From Setoptus koraiensis (lineage: Eukaryota; Animalia; Arthropoda): a DNA stretch of 64,000 bases. Below are positions 57,869 to 64,000 of the stretch, one piece after another (position 1 is the stretch's first letter; each line of letters opens with the position of its first letter). The position numbers and the translations under genes were made by a program. The DNA lies in assembly GCA_048013815.1 (NCBI GenBank), contig CM106586.1, positions 2,046,001-2,110,000 on the forward strand, given 5' to 3'. The notes below the pieces were generated by a model. It searched no databases and was not told the DNA's origin. It saw only the letters and a program-made list of their open reading frames with translations.

Positions 57869-58409
57869 TGTCTAGACAAGGGAAAACTCGAAAATTTCTT
57901 GTTCCCTCTTTCTGGAATGAGCCGTTGTGCCCAAAAAGTTTAGAATACACCGACGAAGTTATTAAGTGTGAGGATCTTTGAATAATGTCCTCAATCCTGA
58001 GATTGTTTCATGCATTCATATTAACATGAAGGTTAATCACCCCAAGTTGAATCGCCCCGGTGAAAATTATCAAGAACAACTGCAAACTCTAGTGGACGCA
58101 TGGGCATTTAATTGTTAGATTTCCAAACCAAGTGATCTTATAAACTCCGTCGTCAAGAAAGAGCGTGACATCAACGGCGTGGCTTGATGATTGTAATATT
58201 TGCAGCATTTCTGTTTTTTAACCTATCCAAATGATTGTATACTTACTTAGACTTTTGTATTCTTTCTGTATATTGTGACATAAAGAACAAAATCTAAAAG
58301 AATCCAAGAATATATCAAAGAATAAAATCAAGAATAATAAAATATATCCGCGATAGTTCCAAAATTAGTCTGCTCCAATCATCGTTCTCGTTGAAGTTGA
58401 TTTAAGAAG

Positions 58410-59047
58410 GAACCAAAACTAGATCATCCGACTAAAATGTATCGCAAACTGTTATACTGACCATCAAAATCATTTTAATATTTGAAACGTTATTTCTTAG
58501 AAAGAATGATTGCTTATAGTGATCGACTGAGGTGCTGGGTCTTGAGTCGAAACCCTTTCAGAACTGACTAAAAATGTTGATCTAGCTAAATTTGAATATC
58601 ATGTAATCAATTAACGCGAGTGACATTTAACATTGAATGTAACACTAGCAACAATATCCCGATGTTTTAGGATATTTAATTGCAGTGACAGATTTCTATG
58701 ATGATTCTATATTGCGTATAGAATTATGCCCACAATGGTAAATGATTCTGGACTATTTAGCTTGTACAATAAGCCAGGATTATAAATATATTGTTTTGGT
58801 TACCAACATTATATCATTATAGCAATCAAGTGATTGATATCTGCTGTAAGCTAACGCAGGATTCAGATATTATCCTCACTATTGAAAGAATTTTTATTGC
58901 ATGCAAAAACTAGATTTTATGATATACTTGATAGCACTTGTAACTTTGTAAATATAATATGGGAAACTCATATTCTATGTTTTCCCCTTCTTACCAACCA
59001 CTTAGTAGTAATTAACTAATTGATAATTGCGTCGAGACAGAGGAAAT
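58410..59047 (+). repeat. Direct repeat, copy 1 (copy 2 at 63375-64000, running to the window edge)
   Basis: Collinear ~640-bp match; distal ~230 bp nearly identical. Confidence 0.92.
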
Positions 59048-59672
59048 CATTATCCAACTCGTTCATGAATAGGTTATATTGTAATTAATCTTGACTCCAT
59101 GTTTGATCTCCAGTGACATTAATTTAGACGTTGATACAATATGATGCATATTTATCATACAATGTTATTGAGGCTGTAAAATAGAGAATAGTCATGCGAA
59201 CCCGGTTTATTAAATATTCACGGGAAGTCATGGTGACCAGAATATTATCCTGTGTCAGGGAAGAACTGTGACTGTTAATCATTTAGGAGTGAGCTCAATA
59301 AATGCTCGATAGATGTGAAGCCATCAATGATCTTATTTAATCTAGTGTTGTGACATCAATTATGAACTTGTGGTTGATTGATCAAAACAACGAAATAAAC
59401 AATAACTACGCAAAAGATTAATGAATCTTATATTCTATCACTGGATGTACTGCAATTTTTCGCTATATAAACATAGGCTGTGAATTTCTCGGTGTCGTTA
59501 TCATTCAGAGCTCAGCAGAGACAAGTTATGACCATCAATAATTTTTAACTCATCGATAACGAGTAGACAATTACGATGATAGTATAGTTTTCAGTCAATC
59601 GAACTAACATCTAAAACTAAAATTATCTACAATACAAAATCAACTACGAACCAAGACTTATTCACATATAAG

Positions 59673-62600
59673 ATGTCTATTTCTACCTGTTGGGCGATTT
59701 TGTTTTTGATAGTGTCGATTGGCACTGCCAGCCATGCTCAAGGTAAGCTACCATTGCGAATTTATCATTTAGAACTTCAAATCTAGTTGACAACTAGTGT
59801 TCCAAATATTCAACTCTCCTTTCTTTGTGCCAATCTACTCTCGTGTCGAATCAATAATTTAAAATTATTTTCGAAGTTGGTCATTCTAATCAAGACTACT
59901 TGAAAAGGGTTGATTCTGACGGAGGATCAAGCTGCCTCTGTTCACAAGATACAAATTTGATCGTAGCCATTGAAGATCTATACTATTGGTCAGAAGGAGG
60001 TGAGTTTCAAGTACTAGCATGTCTTAGATGAAAGCAATATCTCAAGTATATCTCAGGATGAATAAGAGACATTGATCTAATTCTGACCAATAAATATCAT
60101 GTTTATCACTTATGTTGTTCATCCGGATCAATTAGTTGACAGAAATCTCTCATTGCCACGGCGAGACAACAACAACACAGGTAGACGCCCGCCAAGACCG
60201 ATACCATTAATACCACCGACACCTGGAATGATTATGATGAATAGTAGCTCTCATCAATCGTCTAGCCATTCGATGGTATCATCCGATGAGTCAAAACAGT
60301 CGAGTCATTCGTCTATCTTGACCTATAATGATTATAGGCCAGAACCCAATGGTGCATATTATGTGATTGCAGATGGACCCGTGAATGCATTACCTCTATT
60401 ATTGTCTACAAATAATAGTTCTATATCTTCAAGTCACTCACAACATGAAAATTCCGATACTTCAAACTCACAACAGACTTACATGACTAGTTACTTGCCC
60501 CCTTTTGGTGGTAGACTTCCAGGTAGTGGTTATTTAAACCAACCTAATCTTCAGAATCCAGAGTCGACTAGTTATATTCCCGTTGACGAATTTCCATCAG
60601 CAGTTGATGATAAACATGATAGGAACGATAATGACAACAGCGAAGCAAACGACCAAGACTCACCTACAACTGAATCGAACGATAGCAATGTTTCTGATGA
60701 ACCGAAATCGCCATCCACAACTCAATCCTCTGATGACTATGATGAATACTATGATGATGATGATGATGATGATGATGATCCATCAGATAAATCCGACTCA
60801 CCTGCAGCCACAAGTACTAGCAAAATCACAGAAGAATCCGAAAGCACAACAACACCCGAAGAAACAACAACGACCACTACTACTCAATTGACAGAAAATA
60901 ACGATGATGGCAATGATGACGATGATTATGAGGATGATGGGGATGAGTATGATGGTAACACTGATGAACATAATGGATCTTCCAATGGTCGTCACCATAG
61001 CAGGGGAGATGGTCAGCACCACTCAAGCGACCCTGACAGAGAAAAAGGTGATGAGGATAAATCTCCAGAAGAACTGGACGAACCGAGAATCGAACCGCCG
61101 ATTGATTCTCTAGTCGAACAGCACGATCAGCGAGGAAACGATGAAGATGACGAAGATGATTATGATTATGATGACGAAGATGAGTATGATGACTCTGATG
61201 ATGATGATCCAACAACAACAACAACAACGACAACCACCAGTACAACCACCAGTACAACAACTACATCAACACGAGCACCGAAAAGACGAAGAAACAAAAC
61301 TACAACGACCGAAAGTGCTAACCTCGAGACTTCAACATCAAGTTATACAGACGAAACAACGATTTCCCCAGAAACAACGTCAACATCGGCAACTAGTCAA
61401 GATGATTCAAGTGAGGAGACAACGACACAAAATGGCGCCGAGAAGCCTGAACATGAGGACAGAATTGATAATAATAGCGGTGATGATGATGGCGAAATAG
61501 GAGATATTCGCGATGAATCTTCGAGTGAGAGGCCGAGAAGAAGAAGAAGAGGACCAAGCTCGACGATAACTTCATTGACTGCAACAACCGAAAGTGCGGA
61601 CGTCGAGACAATAGCCACTCCAACGACACCGACATCAACTGAGGCCGATCCAAGCGATGACGCAGCAACCATAGTTGATAGTAGCAGCGAAAATATTAAC
61701 GATAAACAAGATGAATTATCGAGTGAGAGGCCACGAAGAAGGAGGAGAAGGCCAACTCCGGCGACAATTCCAACGACAAGCTCTAATGTGGATAATGCGT
61801 CGTCTGACCAAGACTCTCAAGATCCCAGCAATCAATCTCTCCTAGAGGAGCTTCAAGAATCACTTGATGGCTTGAGTAACTACGGTTCTGAATCGAAATC
61901 TGAATCAAGCCTGTCAAATCTCTTTAGTGGTCAACACAGAGACGACAATAACAACGAGGGATCGTCGACCAGCAACTTGAATGGTTTGTTTAATAACCTT
62001 GGAATCGGTCGCTACAATATCAGCAACTCAAATGTTGTTTCGAATCTGTTGCCAAACTTAACACAAAGTGATTTGTCCTCAATGATCAACGGAACTGTGC
62101 CCATGATAGTGACAGACCTCTTTGCAAATATGCAAAATTTGACCGAGCTGAACGAATTATCTGATCTATCATCTGAAATATCAGGTAATAGCGAAGATGA
62201 AATCATTGCGGAGGCCGAGAGATTGTTCAAAATATGGATTGAGGTAGAAATCAAAAGATACAAACTGATGGGCACAGCAGCTACGTACTTCCGTCGCTCA
62301 GGTTTGACACTATTTAGGAGAATTGTTGTTCGTTATATGAGAATTGTATCGAGATTTTCAGGCAACATGTTGAATAATATAAGGTATGGCAATATTTTGG
62401 CTTTAGATACGACAGAGAAAATCATAGTTTTCTTATTGAAAAATTATCTTGACCGCACCAATGGATTGATGAGAATTATTGGCGATCAAGTTTCACTTGT
62501 TGGTAAATCTATTGATTCCACTGGACAATCTATGAAAAACATGACTCTGAACCCAATAGAGATAGCTTCAAAAGTCCTTGATAGTTTACCTGATCCGTCC

Positions 62601-63140
62601 AGATATTCCAACTATTTCCGTAACTTGACAAACCGAGCCACGAGTCAATCATCTGATGGAAGTTCTTCGTCATCTGTCAATGGTTACAGCGGATTGCTTT
62701 CATCGTGGTCATCTGGAAGCGGCCAAAACGGATTGCTCTCATCTTTGACATCGTCATTATGGGGCAATGAGGACAATGAACAACAATCTTCTGATTCAAC
62801 AGGTGACGATGGTTACTTCACTGAAACCAAGGTTACCGTCCATAGAATACCGTCTGACGGTTCAGAAGATCAAGTCAACTCTTACAGCTACACATCCAGA
62901 CCTAGATATACAAGCAGTGGATTCGGCAGTCTAACATCAACGGACAATAATGATGGAGCTAACGATGATGGCAAGAATGACAACAGCCAATCATCATCAT
63001 TTTGGTTCCAAACATACAAAACTGGTAATGATCAACAAGATTCAACAACAACGAGCAAGCCGAGAGAAGGATTGCTAGGTAACTTGTTTGGTAGAAGTTC
63101 AGATAATTTAGTAGGCAAACTAGGCCTCTGGGGACGCTGA
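59673..63140 (+). CDS. Secreted D/T/S-rich mucin-like protein with helical C-terminal domain; exons 59673-59742, 59877-59999, 60136-63140
   Basis: Signal-peptide exon MSISTCWAILFLIVSIGTASHAQ followed by GTAAGC; phase-1 GT-AG junctions join into the 1013-codon ORF; poly-D and poly-T tracts. Confidence 0.78.
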
Positions 63141-63374
63141 GAATGGTACTAATTGGCTCTCGATGCGATCCATACATTTCTCAAGCATACAGTGCTGAAA
63201 ATATCTCTACTATTACAACAAGCTAATCCACTAATCGATTTCACTCATGTTATCATTGATACTGTAACCAATAATAGATGAGAGTTGATGTAATAATACG
63301 TGCTGCATAGTACAAAAAAAAAAATACTATAACTGATAATTTCTTTCTCCAATTCTGGCGAATAATTTGAGAAT

Positions 63375-64000
63375 GAACCAAAACTAGAACTTCTGACTAA
63401 AATGAATCACAAACTGTTATAGTGACTGTCAAAATCATTTTACTATTTGAGACGCGTTATTTCTTACAACAATTTACTCATCGTGATGGCTCTTCTGTCG
63501 AAACTCTTTCGAAACTGACTAAAAATGTTGATCTAGCTAAATTTGAATATTATATAATCGATTAACATGAGTAACATTCAACATTGGATGCAACACTAGC
63601 GACAGAATCCCGATGTCATAAGATGTTTATAATCGCAGAGACAAATTTCCATGATGATACGTGTAGAATTATGCCCACGATGGTAAATGTTTCCGGACTA
63701 TTGTGCCTGTACATTAAGCCAAGATTATAAATATATTGTTTTAGTTACCAACATTATATCATTATAGCAATTAAGTGATTGATATCTGCTGTAAGCTAAC
63801 GCAGGATTCAGATATTATCCTCACTATTGAAAGAATTTTTATTGCATGCAAAAACTAGATTTTATGATATACTTGATAGCACTTGTAACTTTGTAAATAT
63901 AATATGGGAAACTCATATTCTATGTTTTCCCCTTCTTACCAACCACTTAGTACTTAGGTAGTAATTAACTAATTGATAATTGCGTCGAGACAGAGGAAAT
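63375..64000 (+). repeat. Direct repeat, copy 2
   Basis: Matches 58410-59047 with a ~10-bp insertion near 63950. Confidence 0.92.

Noticed and set aside
18383-62275. Numerous 60-170-aa ORFs overlapping the long host CDSs
   Set aside because: Short, patchy shadows of low-complexity or biased coding sequence; unlike the 7.3-10.1 kb case they do not span the gene.

Overview
Eukaryotic (arthropod, probably acariform mite; inferred from protein identities and near-absence of introns) scaffold window with a 500-N gap at 1901-2400. The first ~17 kb is a dense nest of mobile DNA. It holds three different Ty1/copia fragments and one Ty3/gypsy pol fragment, all on the minus strand. It also holds at least eight copies (six full, two one-ended) of two related non-autonomous DNA-transposon families with GG..CC ends, 8-bp TSDs, copy-specific TIRs and hairpin-rich cores, plus a TA-TSD MITE and an 18S rRNA fragment. 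The most notable item is a disrupted ~600-codon orphan ORF (7296-10115) whose codon-aligned antisense frame is open over essentially its whole length once a transposon and two small indels are removed, the ambigrammatic signature known from narnavirus-like RNA viruses. The leftmost copia RNase H reads in frame into a signal-peptide/Cys-rich env-like extension. The remaining ~47 kb is a compact host gene region: ELAPOR/KIAA1324-like, two low-complexity secreted-type proteins, an orphan, PRPF3, SAR1, puromycin-sensitive aminopeptidase, two ACBP-like paralogues, ALG2, NSUN2, a short NELF-A, Acinus, CDC14, and a secreted D/T/S-rich protein flanked by direct repeats. Coordinates were hand-derived; approximate ends may be off by a few bases.
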